64,000 nucleotides of DNA. It comes from Patescibacteria group bacterium. Lineage in GTDB: Bacteria > Patescibacteriota > WWE3 > UBA101185 > UBA10185. Positions 1 through 9,510 of this stretch are shown here, piece after piece. Under the pieces are notes generated by a model, which was not told where the DNA came from, made no database searches, and saw nothing but the letters and a program-made list of their open reading frames with translations. Within the stretch, counting starts at the first letter, position 1; each line of letters starts with the position of its first letter. Where the stretch lies: positions 129,697-193,696 of the forward strand of contig JBMORU010000001.1 in NCBI GenBank assembly GCA_049322215.1, in the 5' to 3' direction. A program made the position numbers and the translations under genes.

Positions 1-227
1 ATGATGGAAGTTTTTCTACTGATTTCTCTGTACTGATTTTCGTATTCGGTGATAATTTAGTCTCACCAATTTTATTATTACTGTTAAGACTTAATACAAC
101 AATTCCCACTATAAATATTAAAATTATAAACACTAAGTATTTTTTCATACCAGTATATTAGCACTTTATTACAACCTTTATAGAAGTAACTGCCTACTGT
201 TTAAGGACAATCAACAAAATCCCAATA

Positions 228-266
228 CCCTATAGTGTTTACAGAGATTTGTTTTCAATATATAAT
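228..266 (+). promoter_or_regulatory. Cassette promoter: CCCTATAG box + TTTACA-17-TATAAT
   Basis: Box 228-235, -35 238-243, -10 261-266, AAGGAG 297-302. Confidence 0.85.
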
Positions 267-310
267 TATCAAAACCCAATAAGCATCTGTACGTGCAAGG
301 AGAAAAAAAA

Positions 311-598
311 ATGAAATTTTCGTTAGCTTTGATTAAAAAAGGGCTTGGAAAACTACTCCCAGAAAAAAAACTAAAAGTAACTGGGGTTGTAGAAGTAAAG
401 GAAATGGACAGTAGCATGCTTCAAAGTGACGACCCACCTTTTATGCATGTGACTAAATTAGAAGTACGCAACGGAAGACAGTACGCATATCTAAAAGGGT
501 GGGATGGCGCTGTGCTTGTTTTTAAACGTCCTAACGGCGAGTTTTTTGTTGAGGATGAATACAACAAAAGGCAGGCCTGGGTAACCGGAATCAAATAG
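311..598 (+). CDS. Orphan cassette protein
   Basis: ORF track 293..598; start moved to ATG 311 downstream of AAGGAG. Confidence 0.75.
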   Translation: MKFSLALIKKGLGKLLPEKKLKVTGVVEVKEMDSSMLQSDDPPFMHVTKLEVRNGRQYAYLKGWDGAVLVFKRPNGEFFVEDEYNKRQAWVTGIK

Positions 599-656
599 CG
601 CTAGTATTTCCGTTAAAACTAAAATAAAGCAAATTAAAACATAAGGAGATAAAACA

Positions 657-1160
657 ATGGGTAAGCATCGCCAAATAGATAGCGAAGTAGTACCAGAGTT
701 TTACGCAACAAAAAGTGATAAAAACAGACACAATCTACCTGCGGGCACTGTGCTAGCTATTAGTAGTGAGCACGACTTCCCGGGATATTTCAGTATGGGA
801 TATGTTTCTAAACAGACACCCTTTGGTCAAGGAACCTTCATGGGATTTCACGAAGAAGAACTTCGTAAGGCAACTCCCGAAGAGATCAAAAGAGCAATAA
901 AGACCAAACACCCATACGGCAGAAGATTCCGCCCATATAGCCAAGAAGCAAGTAATGCTGCATGGAATATCTTTTTATCAAAAACGTTCAGCAACTGGAC
1001 TACTGACAGTTCTGACACGCAACCGGTTCTAGATGTGTCTCGCAAACAAATTGAGGACTACGGAAAAGAGGCTGCAGCAAAACACCGTAAAATCCTGCGA
1101 AACTGGGGCAGAATTACACGTAATCAAAGAAACGCAACTATAGAAAAATTGAAGAGATAG
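657..1160 (+). CDS. Orphan cassette protein with RKATPEEI motif
   Basis: 167 aa ORF, CATAAGGAG SD, followed by terminator. Confidence 0.8.
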   Translation: MGKHRQIDSEVVPEFYATKSDKNRHNLPAGTVLAISSEHDFPGYFSMGYVSKQTPFGQGTFMGFHEEELRKATPEEIKRAIKTKHPYGRRFRPYSQEASNAAWNIFLSKTFSNWTTDSSDTQPVLDVSRKQIEDYGKEAAAKHRKILRNWGRITRNQRNATIEKLKR

Positions 1161-1185
1161 TTAAAAAACTCTCAAAACTTTACAT

Positions 1186-1246
1186 CGGCCTGGAGAAATT
1201 GAGGTAGCACATAAACCTACACAATTTTCCAGGCCGTTTTTTTTTT
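1186..1246 (+). terminator. Long bulged intrinsic terminator
   Basis: CGGCCTGGA...TCCAGGCCG then T10. Confidence 0.85.
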
Positions 1247-1327
1247 GATTTTGAAAAAAACTCGCCAAAACGCTTTTTGTTGCAACGCTATTGCCTAATG
1301 CGCACCGAATATGCAATATTAACTGCA

Positions 1328-2041
1328 ATGGCCAAGCAAACCAAGAAAGCGTCAAAAACCATCTCATTTATAATACCTGCCTTCAATGAAGAAGCCTCAG
1401 TGTTTCAAACCATTACAACATTACCTTATAAAGAATTGCATTCCCAAGGGTACGAAGTAGAGTGCTTAATAGTAAATAACAATTCTACCGATAATACTGT
1501 TAAATTGGCTCTAGAGGCGGGTGCTCGTGTAGTAAATGAAAAAGTTCAAGGTTATGGTGCTGCATACAAAAAAGGCTTTCAAACAGCAAAGGGTGATATT
1601 TTAGTATGCGGGGATTGTGATGGTACATATCCTTTTGCAGTGACACCAAAACTGGTAGATATATTGATAAACGAAAACCTAGACATTATTACAACCAACA
1701 GATTTGAAAATGGGTTTTTAAAACAGAACAACATGCCTATTGTAAATAGGCTAGGTAACTTATTATTAACGTATGAGGCAAGTTTGCTTTATAACAATGC
1801 AATAAGTGACATTATGTCAGGAATGTGGGTACTAAAAAAAGAAGCCTTAGCAGAAATAAATTTACGCTTTGACGACATGTCATTTTCGCATAACATCAAA
1901 ATCGAAATGATACATCACAAAAAATGCAGGTGGAAACAAATACCAATTGAATATAACGCACGTCAGGGCAGTAGCAAATTAAACGTAGCAAAAGACGGAT
2001 ATCACTGTTTTAAAAACATGCTCGTGAGGAAGTTAACTTAA
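1328..2041 (+). CDS. GT2 family glycosyltransferase (polyprenol-phosphate sugar synthase-like)
   Basis: ISFIIPAFNEE, NNNSTDNT, GYGAA, DCDGTY, RQGSSKL motifs; start revised from 1277. Confidence 0.9.
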   Translation: MAKQTKKASKTISFIIPAFNEEASVFQTITTLPYKELHSQGYEVECLIVNNNSTDNTVKLALEAGARVVNEKVQGYGAAYKKGFQTAKGDILVCGDCDGTYPFAVTPKLVDILINENLDIITTNRFENGFLKQNNMPIVNRLGNLLLTYEASLLYNNAISDIMSGMWVLKKEALAEINLRFDDMSFSHNIKIEMIHHKKCRWKQIPIEYNARQGSSKLNVAKDGYHCFKNMLVRKLT

Positions 2042-2050
2042 CAAGCATTT

Positions 2051-3499
2051 ATGGCAATTTCAAAAGTAGTAACAGTAATCTGCATAACTGTCATGGTAAC
2101 CTTTGCGGTATTCAATTTATATTTTGGGGTTATACACAATTCACATGTAATTTATGATGAAGCAAATACACTAAACATTATTTCGCAAAGTTACAAAGAT
2201 ATATTTACGCTGCTCTCAAAGGAACAAAACATTCCTGGATACTACTTATTGATAGGAACTGTCTTTAAGGCGTTTAAGTCAGTAACAATTATTAAGCTTA
2301 TAAACTACGTAATTTGGATAGCGTCTATAGTAGCGATTTTTAAGCTACTGAAGACCTACATGTCCAATAACATGGCCTTAATTTTTGTCACTGGATATAC
2401 TCTTATTCCCGGTATAAGCTTTTACTCCTATTTTATTCGTATGTATGGACTTATAGTGTTGCTTGTTATTTTGCTTTTACTATTCTATAAACAATTACTA
2501 GATACTGGAGAAAGTAAGTACCTCATAAGGTTTTTTGTATGCTTAGCGCTCTTAGCAACACTACATGCGCAGTTTGTATTTGTATGGGTAATCTTTTTTT
2601 TCTCATTTATCATTAATTTCTATAAATCTCGAAACTTTAAACTTATATTAATTGCCTTCCTTGCAGTTTTTGTACTATTTTTAATACCCTTTGCATTCAA
2701 AAGTGATCTTATAGATATATATGTGCAAAATGGAATCGCTTATGTAAAAGAACAAAAAGCACCTTACTATACGTTTGTTCATTTGTTGTTTTTTAAATAC
2801 GATAACCCCCTAAGCGTGGTATTGGGATTTACGGTACTTATAACTTTCATTGTATTTTGCCGAAAACATTATAGTAAAACCGAATTTCCTTATTTATTGG
2901 CTATAGTTTTCACCGTTTTAATCCCAATTCATAAAAGCTTTAATCAAACCACAATGCACTATATATTTTTAAGTCCATTAATATATGTGATTGTGGCAAG
3001 GGCACTTGCCTCCGTAAAAACACGGGTTAACATTTTATTTTTCATAATTGCTTTTATTTGGATAAACTCCTTTGTGTTTTCATGGCGATTAATTTTATAC
3101 AAAGATTACATTTTAATTAATGCACTGTGTAAAGAAATAAGCTCAAGTACAAATACCATATATTTAACTAGATTTTATAGCTACGAAGCATTTGCGCATT
3201 GTTCTCGCGAGAACTCCACCAACAAAGCATTTATTATTGCAAACAATAACTATTACGATACATCTAGCTTGTCAAAAGCTGAAGTATTACACATTCAAGC
3301 AGAATTAGGTGGGGATTTTTATAATGATTCGGCAGACGTGTTAACTGTTTACCAAAACTTAAGACAGCTAGAACCTACTAAGCAAATATACTATTTGCCT
3401 GTTTATGACATCCTCAATTTTAATCGCAATGAGAAAGTTTTAAGCACATTAGAAGAAAAAGAACTAAACCCTGTGGTTCCTATTTTTGTCTTACCATAA
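2051..3499 (+). CDS. GT-C fold membrane glycosyltransferase (PMT/ArnT-like)
   Basis: IYDEA loop after TM1, RMY motif, many TM helices; adjacent to GT2. Confidence 0.7.
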   Translation: MAISKVVTVICITVMVTFAVFNLYFGVIHNSHVIYDEANTLNIISQSYKDIFTLLSKEQNIPGYYLLIGTVFKAFKSVTIIKLINYVIWIASIVAIFKLLKTYMSNNMALIFVTGYTLIPGISFYSYFIRMYGLIVLLVILLLLFYKQLLDTGESKYLIRFFVCLALLATLHAQFVFVWVIFFFSFIINFYKSRNFKLILIAFLAVFVLFLIPFAFKSDLIDIYVQNGIAYVKEQKAPYYTFVHLLFFKYDNPLSVVLGFTVLITFIVFCRKHYSKTEFPYLLAIVFTVLIPIHKSFNQTTMHYIFLSPLIYVIVARALASVKTRVNILFFIIAFIWINSFVFSWRLILYKDYILINALCKEISSSTNTIYLTRFYSYEAFAHCSRENSTNKAFIIANNNYYDTSSLSKAEVLHIQAELGGDFYNDSADVLTVYQNLRQLEPTKQIYYLPVYDILNFNRNEKVLSTLEEKELNPVVPIFVLP

Positions 3500-3632
3500 A
3501 AACGCAAGAAAAGCGGTTTTGAACTCAAGTCAGAAATACTAAGTCCTAGAACTGCATACAAAATATAACTATTGTAGAAGGCTTCAACGTCAAGTAATAA
3601 GTAAATCAACCTCATCTGCGAATCCGTAAATA

Positions 3633-3863
3633 ATGTACAATAACGAGCCTTATGTAGTTCAATTACCTGACGATGAAAATACTGTAATGCTAGTGGACAT
3701 AAATAATGGGAGCGAATACAGTGCTGGTGAAAAGATTTCTATAGAAGAGGCAAGAGAAAGAGATTTACCCACACTAAGAGACCTACTTGTTGGACAAATA
3801 GTAACTGAAATTAAGTGGGTACCCCATAGTATTTACACTTCCCCATATCTACGTTATAATTAA
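3633..3863 (+). CDS. Small hypothetical protein, possibly truncated by the downstream cassette promoter
   Basis: 76 aa ORF without AAGGAG; last ~14 codons are the box/-35/-10 sequence. Confidence 0.45.
   Translation: MYNNEPYVVQLPDDENTVMLVDINNGSEYSAGEKISIEEARERDLPTLRDLLVGQIVTEIKWVPHSIYTSPYLRYN
3822..3860 (+). promoter_or_regulatory. Cassette promoter: CCCCATAG + TTTACA-17-TATAAT
   Basis: Box 3822-3829, -35 3832-3837, -10 3855-3860; second CCCCATA in spacer at 3841. Confidence 0.8.
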
Positions 3864-3908
3864 CATCAATAATTGTTATCAAAATATCTCAAATAAATGG
3901 AGGCTGAA

Positions 3909-4100
3909 ATGGATCAGTGGAATTGGGATAAAAGAGCAGAGCTGGAATTGGCACGTGCTGAAAATCATTTTCAGTCGCCAACCCCAGACACAGTAAAGTT
4001 AACTGGTGATGAGTCGCGACGTTCGTTTGAATTTCACCTCAAGAAGTGCGCAAACCTAATTGCCCTTTGCGAAATTTTTGCAAGTTACACTAAAACTTAA
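3909..4100 (+). CDS. Orphan cassette protein
   Basis: GGAGG SD before ATG 3909 (track start 3897). Confidence 0.65.
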   Translation: MDQWNWDKRAELELARAENHFQSPTPDTVKLTGDESRRSFEFHLKKCANLIALCEIFASYTKT

Positions 4101-5098
4101 AAGCTAAAAAAGTCTAACACTCTTGTTATAAATGTTTTTTCGCTACGTAATTCCTCTCCATCTTGTGCATCATAATAAACAGTTGAGGGAATCTCTAATT
4201 CAAAAATACCAAAAAGTTTTTCTGCCTTCTTTGTTTTAAGTTTAAACTCTAGTTTATCTTCTGCATCTGTTTCAAGTTCAACCTCTTCAATATCATCAAC
4301 ATCTTCTGAAGATTCAGCCTTTTCTATAATAGCTTGAGGCATTACACCTAATTTTACGTCGCCCTTAGGAGTTTGTACGTATACACTGCCATCAGCTTCG
4401 TTTACAAATAAAGGAAAGTTTTGCAATCCCGAAATACCCTCTTTTTTAATTAATGTTTCAGTATCTTGGACTCTAATTTTAAGCTTGTTGCCAGTAGAAT
4501 CCTCGGTTTCAGATTCAAAACCTTCGTCACTACCCTCATGCTTTTCTTCTCTTATAAGCTTTCCAGAGGCATCATAGGTTTTAGACTCTATTTTAACTTT
4601 ATCCCCTTCAGTTTCTGTTTTAACAATTGAATAGGTGCCATCACTGTTTTGAATTCTGTTTTGCGTTTTAACTTTATTTTCTAACTCATCTTCCACTTCA
4701 AGTTCGAACTCGTTTTCAAAATCATTGTCATCGTCTTTATCATCATCCTCATCTTCATCTTTGTCATCATCCCTGTCGTCATCTTTATCTTCATCCTTGT
4801 CTTCGTCCTCATCATCCTTATCATCATCTTCGTCCTTGTTGTCATCTTCGTCGTCGTCTTTATCATCCTCATGCTTATTATCTTCTTTAGATTCTTTTTC
4901 GTCATCGTCATCGCCTAAAACATATCCTAAAGGCTGTTCTGACAAAGAATCTTCAGATTTCTTAGGAAGAGCTTTAAAAGAAACAAGAGCAGAAAAAGCT
5001 AAGACTCCTAATACTACAAGTAGCACAGGCAAGTGAAGCATATAAAAAGTAATAGTTGTTTTAGTTTTGCTTGGATTATTTTTCTTAGTGTAATACAT
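4097..5098 (-). CDS. Membrane-anchored/secreted protein with acidic low-complexity tract
   Basis: N-terminal TM, D/E/K-rich tract, C-terminal KLFGIFELEIP..YYDAQDGE domain; start revised from 5134. Confidence 0.8.
   Translation of the reverse strand: MYYTKKNNPSKTKTTITFYMLHLPVLLVVLGVLAFSALVSFKALPKKSEDSLSEQPLGYVLGDDDDEKESKEDNKHEDDKDDDEDDNKDEDDDKDDEDEDKDEDKDDDRDDDKDEDEDDDKDDDNDFENEFELEVEDELENKVKTQNRIQNSDGTYSIVKTETEGDKVKIESKTYDASGKLIREEKHEGSDEGFESETEDSTGNKLKIRVQDTETLIKKEGISGLQNFPLFVNEADGSVYVQTPKGDVKLGVMPQAIIEKAESSEDVDDIEEVELETDAEDKLEFKLKTKKAEKLFGIFELEIPSTVYYDAQDGEELRSEKTFITRVLDFFSF
4690..4912 (-). repeat. Low-complexity Asp/Glu/Lys coding repeat
   Basis: Runs of TCA/TCG/TCT on + strand encode DDKDDDEDD-like units on -. 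Confidence 0.8.
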
Positions 5099-5196
5099 AC
5101 TATTAATTTTTAACCTTAATGCCCCATAAGTCAAATTTAGTACACAAACAAGCCGCTAAACTTTTGTAATAGTGTAATTTTTGATACCATATTCCT

Positions 5197-5796
5197 ATGC
5201 CAAAAGGTAATGGAAAGCCTATTCCAAAAGTGGAAATAGATTTAAATATATCTCCAGATCAAGTAGAAACATTACTTGGCACATTAAAAGAGCGTTTTGA
5301 GCAAAATATGAACCGCCATAAAGATATTGATTGGGTCAAAGTTCATTCAAAGCTAAAATCTAACCCTAAAAAACTGCAGTCACTTAATGCAATGGAAAGT
5401 ACTGGAGGAGAACCCGACGTTATTGGTTACGATAAAAAAACAGATGAATACCTTTTTTGTGATTGTGCTGAACAAAGCCCTAATCGCCGCAGTATTTGCT
5501 ATGACCGTGAAGCAGAAAAACTAAGAGAAAAAAAGGGAGTTTATCCGGGAGGCAATGCTGTAGAACTTGCCGAAAAAATGGGAATAGAACTTTTAAACGA
5601 AGATCAATATAGAGATCTTCAAAAACTTGGGGAATTTGACACTACAACTTCAAGTTGGATTAAAACCCCTGAAAATATTAGAAAACTAGGTGGCGCTCTT
5701 TTTTGTGATCGCCGCTATGACACAGTTTTTACCTACCACAATAGTGCTGAGTCTTTTTATTCCGCTAGAGGATTTAGAGGGTTACTAAGGGTTTAG
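5197..5796 (+). CDS. DUF4256 family protein
   Basis: MESTGGEPDV, RRSICYDREA, GEFDTTTSSW, GGALFCDRRY, ARGFRGLLRV. Confidence 0.9.
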   Translation: MPKGNGKPIPKVEIDLNISPDQVETLLGTLKERFEQNMNRHKDIDWVKVHSKLKSNPKKLQSLNAMESTGGEPDVIGYDKKTDEYLFCDCAEQSPNRRSICYDREAEKLREKKGVYPGGNAVELAEKMGIELLNEDQYRDLQKLGEFDTTTSSWIKTPENIRKLGGALFCDRRYDTVFTYHNSAESFYSARGFRGLLRV

Positions 5797-5812
5797 TCGC
5801 CATATGTTATTG

Positions 5813-5851
5813 CCCTATAGTATTTACACCTGCCCTACTTCAATATATAAT
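5813..5851 (+). promoter_or_regulatory. Cassette promoter: CCCTATAG + TTTACA-17-TATAAT
   Basis: Box 5813-5820, -35 5823-5828, -10 5846-5851. Confidence 0.85.
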
Positions 5852-5891
5852 ATCTCTCACAAACAAATAATCTAAATGTAAGGAGAATAAA

Positions 5892-6215
5892 ATGTCAACT
5901 GATGGCACTGATCACAATGGATGGCATGCGTATCGCCATATCATTAGTGAGGTAAATCTGATTTGGTATTTAGACTGGTATGCTAGACCTGACGAAAATA
6001 CTACTAACTATTTAATTACACCAAAACGGCGTAAGCAAATAGTTAGAATTATCGAAAAAAAATACAAGGTAAAACTTAAACCTGAAGATAAAGCCTGGAT
6101 TTTGGAAAAAATGAATTCACCCCGACATTTGTGCACCGACTTTCCAAACCGGTTTAACCCACGGCACTACCCGTCTTTGACCTCGGATTTACCACCGGAA
6201 AACAAGACTAAGTAA
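5892..6215 (+). CDS. Orphan cassette protein
   Basis: 107 aa, AAGGAG SD. Confidence 0.75.
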   Translation: MSTDGTDHNGWHAYRHIISEVNLIWYLDWYARPDENTTNYLITPKRRKQIVRIIEKKYKVKLKPEDKAWILEKMNSPRHLCTDFPNRFNPRHYPSLTSDLPPENKTK

Positions 6216-6258
6216 AAAAAGTAAAAGACACAACTAATCAAAAAATAAGGAGACAAAA

Positions 6259-6498
6259 ATGTCACAACATTGGACTGAAACCGAAAAAGGTAAACAGTTA
6301 ATTGAAAGCGCTTTTAAAGCTGCTAACTTACCAGAAGTACAAGAGAACGAGCTTGAAACTGGGACATACACAAACATGCAAATTGCGAAAATGTTTGATG
6401 ATCCTGCTGAGCTAATTTCGCTACTTATGGCTTTACCAAAAGGTGGAGGCAATGCATCTCGCCGCTCGATTTTGAGTTTTGCTGTAGAAATGCGCTAA
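6259..6498 (+). CDS. Orphan cassette protein
   Basis: 79 aa, TAAGGAG SD. Confidence 0.75.
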   Translation: MSQHWTETEKGKQLIESAFKAANLPEVQENELETGTYTNMQIAKMFDDPAELISLLMALPKGGGNASRRSILSFAVEMR

Positions 6499-6519
6499 TT
6501 CACCAAAAAGGAATAGTAA

Positions 6520-6747
6520 ATGTACGAAAACATGACATGGATCAACAACAGGCTGGATGAAATCGCAAAAGCTACAAATCCACGGCAAGCTTTAGCTGAG
6601 TGGTTTAACAGCTTATCAAGAACACAACGCGAAAAAGTGTTTATCTTCGCTGGGTGGTTAAACCCCAAAGCATACTGCGACCACAGAATGCAGTTAGAAG
6701 GTGACAACATTTTTGACGAATTGTGTTCTTCGTTAAACATTTCTTAA
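6520..6747 (+). CDS. Orphan cassette protein
   Basis: 75 aa, AAGGA SD. Confidence 0.7.
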   Translation: MYENMTWINNRLDEIAKATNPRQALAEWFNSLSRTQREKVFIFAGWLNPKAYCDHRMQLEGDNIFDELCSSLNIS

Positions 6748-6768
6748 GCCTTCTTTGCTAGCACTAAT

Positions 6769-6842
6769 GCGCCCTTGTAAGCGATTGAAAAGTATCAGAA
6801 AAACTTGACTACTTAATATCGTTTACCGGGGTGCCTTTTTTT
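6769..6842 (+). terminator. Very long bulged hairpin terminator
   Basis: GCGCCCTTGTAAGCGAT...ATCGTTTACCGGGGTGC then T-tract abutting the convergent stop codon. Confidence 0.7.
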
Positions 6843-7431
6843 ACATTTGTAAAGCAACAAACCCCTTTTCAACATCACTAAAATAATATCCTTGATACTT
6901 CTCCAACAAAGGAATGTTAGTTTTTAGTAAATTCGAAGGTGAAAATGTTACATAACTATTAAACCTGTGCTCCAAAATAGTTTCTTTTGCAGGGCATTCT
7001 TCTAACACTCCAGATAAAATAAGGTTTTTGTGAGGTAGTACTATTTCAATTAGCCTACTATCAAAGTAATCTATGTTTTTTATAAAAACTACACGTTCTT
7101 TTATATCAATCAAATTGCTAAAAACATACCTAAAAAGTGTTGTATCTCCACTTTTTATTAAAATAGCTTGTTTAGTTAAAAATTTCTGTAAGTCTTCTTC
7201 TGTAGCAACAATTCCTACGTCATTTTTATATTCTTCTACTTGATTTAAAAAATTTTCGGTAGCCATAGGAAACGCAGTTAAAAACAACACCTTATGCCCT
7301 TGCAAAAATAAATTAGTAATTAGTGAAATACTAAAAGCAGATACACCCGATTTCTCTTGACCAACTAATAAACAAGGAAGCTCATTTAGCGAAAAATTAA
7401 ATTTTTTATTATTAAGTAATATACTATTCAC
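6841..7431 (-). CDS. Hypothetical protein, possibly a degenerate P-loop/RecA-like fold
   Basis: LLVGQEKSGVS resembles a Walker A lacking the Lys; leaderless start TACTAT+6+GTG. Confidence 0.6.
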   Translation of the reverse strand: MNSILLNNKKFNFSLNELPCLLVGQEKSGVSAFSISLITNLFLQGHKVLFLTAFPMATENFLNQVEEYKNDVGIVATEEDLQKFLTKQAILIKSGDTTLFRYVFSNLIDIKERVVFIKNIDYFDSRLIEIVLPHKNLILSGVLEECPAKETILEHRFNSYVTFSPSNLLKTNIPLLEKYQGYYFSDVEKGFVALQM

Positions 7432-7490
7432 AATTAAATAGTATGTTGGATTTATTGTTAATTCAAGGTGAGTTGGCGTAATCTCTACAA

Positions 7491-7527
7491 CCTATAGTAT
7501 TGACGGCTGGCAATATTCCCGTATAAT
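7491..7527 (+). promoter_or_regulatory. Cassette promoter: CCTATAG + TTGACG-16-TATAAT
   Basis: Box 7491-7497, -35 7500-7505, -10 7522-7527. Confidence 0.85.
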
Positions 7528-7582
7528 TCTTGTAACTACAAATTCAAATAAATACCCAACACATAAAAAAAGGAGACTGAAA

Positions 7583-7990
7583 ATGAGCAATATTGCTAAA
7601 ATAAGCAAGGTTGTCAAATCGCTATGGCTAGCAGGATGCTTAAATTTAATGATACTTTCGCTGTATAAGTATTTCTCTAATAGGCAAGAAAACAGCGAAT
7701 TTTTGCTCCTTGCTAGCATTTGGACTATTTCATTTGTTCTGGTTGCGTATTCTCTCATCGAAGAATTCATTGTCGAAAGAGGATTTTCTCGCGAAAAGGC
7801 ATTCGAAAAAGCTGCCAAGTACATTAGGCAAGAACATGGGGAAACAGTGGGGCATCAGGAAGGTTACTACACTTTCTACGAGCACTCCAACAGTCATTCC
7901 CTTGATATCTACTTTGGTGAAACGGCCTATGTGTGCAACGTAAACAATCGCACAGGTGAAGTAGAAATAGTACGTATAACCAAACGATAA
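7583..7990 (+). CDS. Orphan cassette membrane protein (2 TM + possible PepSY-like tail)
   Basis: AAGGAG SD; SREKAFEKA...VNNRTGEV. Confidence 0.75.
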   Translation: MSNIAKISKVVKSLWLAGCLNLMILSLYKYFSNRQENSEFLLLASIWTISFVLVAYSLIEEFIVERGFSREKAFEKAAKYIRQEHGETVGHQEGYYTFYEHSNSHSLDIYFGETAYVCNVNNRTGEVEIVRITKR

Positions 7991-8022
7991 AAAAGAGAAT
8001 AAACATCACTTAGCTTATCTAT

Positions 8023-8079
8023 AGACTGTACTAAACTTTAAGGGATAAATCCCCTTCAAAGTAAGTACAGTCTTTTTTT
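8023..8079 (+). terminator. Long bulged terminator (GACTG...CAGTC family)
   Basis: AGACTGTACT...AGTACAGTCT + T-tract. Confidence 0.85.
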
Positions 8080-8115
8080 AGAAAGACTTGATTAAATGCG
8101 GCACACAAGTTTACA

Positions 8116-8154
8116 CCCCATAGTGTTTGCCGCGTGTATTTTTTATTGTATAAT
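8116..8154 (+). promoter_or_regulatory. Cassette promoter: CCCCATAG + TTTGCC-17-TATAAT
   Basis: ACAC-CCCATA-GTGT box; -10 8149-8154. Confidence 0.8.
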
Positions 8155-8185
8155 CAACAAACATCAAAATAAGGAGAACTAACAA

Positions 8186-8470
8186 ATGATAATTAGGCTT
8201 GCAAAAAAGTTGCTTGGCTCCCCAAAAGTATACGTTAAATATGGAACCACATATAAGCGTGCCCTTGGCCCCCAAGAAATGCTTGATAGCATTAGCGGAG
8301 CCGGAGGCTTTGTAGTAATTGGAGATACAATTGCTATTTGTGCCACAATTAGCATTGGATCAGGATCGTTCGGGTCAAATAACATTAACGGATTTCCCAC
8401 CTCGAGGATGGAATTGGTTGATGTGACACAAGAAGAAGCAAAACGCATCAACAAAGCCCTAGACTTTTAG
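8186..8470 (+). CDS. Orphan cassette protein
   Basis: 94 aa, TAAGGAG SD. Confidence 0.75.
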   Translation: MIIRLAKKLLGSPKVYVKYGTTYKRALGPQEMLDSISGAGGFVVIGDTIAICATISIGSGSFGSNNINGFPTSRMELVDVTQEEAKRINKALDF

Positions 8471-8495
8471 GATAAACAGCTTTCAAATACTTATC

Positions 8496-8546
8496 GCTTG
8501 GGAAAACAGTAAAACTCAAAAACACTGGTTTCCCAAGCTTTTTTTT
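8496..8546 (+). terminator. Intrinsic terminator
   Basis: GCTTGGGAAA...TTTCCCAAGC + T8. Confidence 0.85.
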
Positions 8547-8587
8547 ACTAAAAATGCACAAATACAAGCACATAAAGGAGAAAAGAT

Positions 8588-8788
8588 ATGTGGCAATTAA
8601 TTGTAGCTGCAATATTGGCAGCAATTGCAGGTTATAGTGGAAAAAAGTCTTACAAAATTGTTAAACAAAACGAACCTGCATGGGCAGAAACTGCGTTCAT
8701 TTTGATAATAGTTTTTGTACTGAGCTTATGTATATCAGTGGTATTCGGGTTATGGGGAATTATAAGTATTGTTACAGCAGCATACTAA
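8588..8788 (+). CDS. Small 2-TM orphan protein
   Basis: 66 aa, CATAAAGGAG SD. Confidence 0.75.
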   Translation: MWQLIVAAILAAIAGYSGKKSYKIVKQNEPAWAETAFILIIVFVLSLCISVVFGLWGIISIVTAAY

Positions 8789-8796
8789 CACATAAC

Positions 8797-8832
8797 TTAT
8801 AGTTTACATGCTGACTCTACCGCTGATATAAT
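8797..8832 (+). promoter_or_regulatory. Cassette promoter with degenerate box: TTATAG + TTTACA-18-TATAAT
   Basis: -35 8803-8808, -10 8827-8832. Confidence 0.7.
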
Positions 8833-8864
8833 ACGACCCAACAAACAAATAAAAGGAGACTACT

Positions 8865-9047
8865 ATGATACTTCGCACACAAGCATGGGCTTCCGAGGCA
8901 AAATTGCATGATGCAAAATACAACCTCACGAAAAAAGCAAATGCTGAAACAACAGCGCATTTTGCTAAAACTATTGAAAAAATAGAGGCAGCGCTTGCAC
9001 AACTCGAGGAAGATATGAAAAACATCCCGAGTAAACAAGGTACCTAA
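8865..9047 (+). CDS. Small helical/coiled-coil orphan protein
   Basis: 60 aa, AAGGAG SD. Confidence 0.7.
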   Translation: MILRTQAWASEAKLHDAKYNLTKKANAETTAHFAKTIEKIEAALAQLEEDMKNIPSKQGT

Positions 9048-9060
9048 AAGGAGTGTACAA

Positions 9061-9426
9061 ATGCACGAAAAACAAAAAACTGAATACGTTAGCTGCTCCC
9101 ACCCTGAGAGAATATCTACAAAAACTCATCATATTGATATTAACCTCAGCTACGGAGGCCGCAGCGACGAATCATGCGACTGGGCACTAACAATATCGAG
9201 GCGAACAGGACGATACGCAGACGGCAACGAAGTTTTAGAAGTTTTTGCTTGGCATTACTTCAAAAACAGACCATGGGTATGGAAGATGTACTCTTTAGGG
9301 CAATGGTTGCGTGCAAATGGTCAGTTAGATACATTTCTGCAAGTAGCCAGCAAAATCGATGAAATGTACGCCGAAATGCAGGGGAGTCTTATCTGGCAAC
9401 GCGAAAACATTCTGCAAAATAAATAG
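9061..9426 (+). CDS. Orphan cassette protein
   Basis: 121 aa, AAGGAG SD. Confidence 0.75.
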   Translation: MHEKQKTEYVSCSHPERISTKTHHIDINLSYGGRSDESCDWALTISRRTGRYADGNEVLEVFAWHYFKNRPWVWKMYSLGQWLRANGQLDTFLQVASKIDEMYAEMQGSLIWQRENILQNK

Positions 9427-9436
9427 TCTGCTCACC

Positions 9437-9479
9437 AGACACTGTGAAACTATAATAGTTGAAACAGTGTCTTTTTTTT
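9437..9479 (+). terminator. Intrinsic terminator
   Basis: AGACACTGT...ACAGTGTCT + T-tract. Confidence 0.85.
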
Positions 9480-9510
9480 ATGCTACACAAAAATTTTCCA
9501 TCTGACAGAA

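Noticed and set aside
228-237. CCCTATAGTG matches the start of the reverse-complemented T7 promoter (possible vector contamination or phage RNAP promoter)
   Set aside because: It is never followed by AGTCGTATTA, the copies vary, and they are tied to sigma70 -35/-10 spacing.
4681-5036. Poly-Ser and Met/Thr/Lys-rich ORFs
   Set aside because: These are alternative-frame and antisense shadows of the acidic tract.
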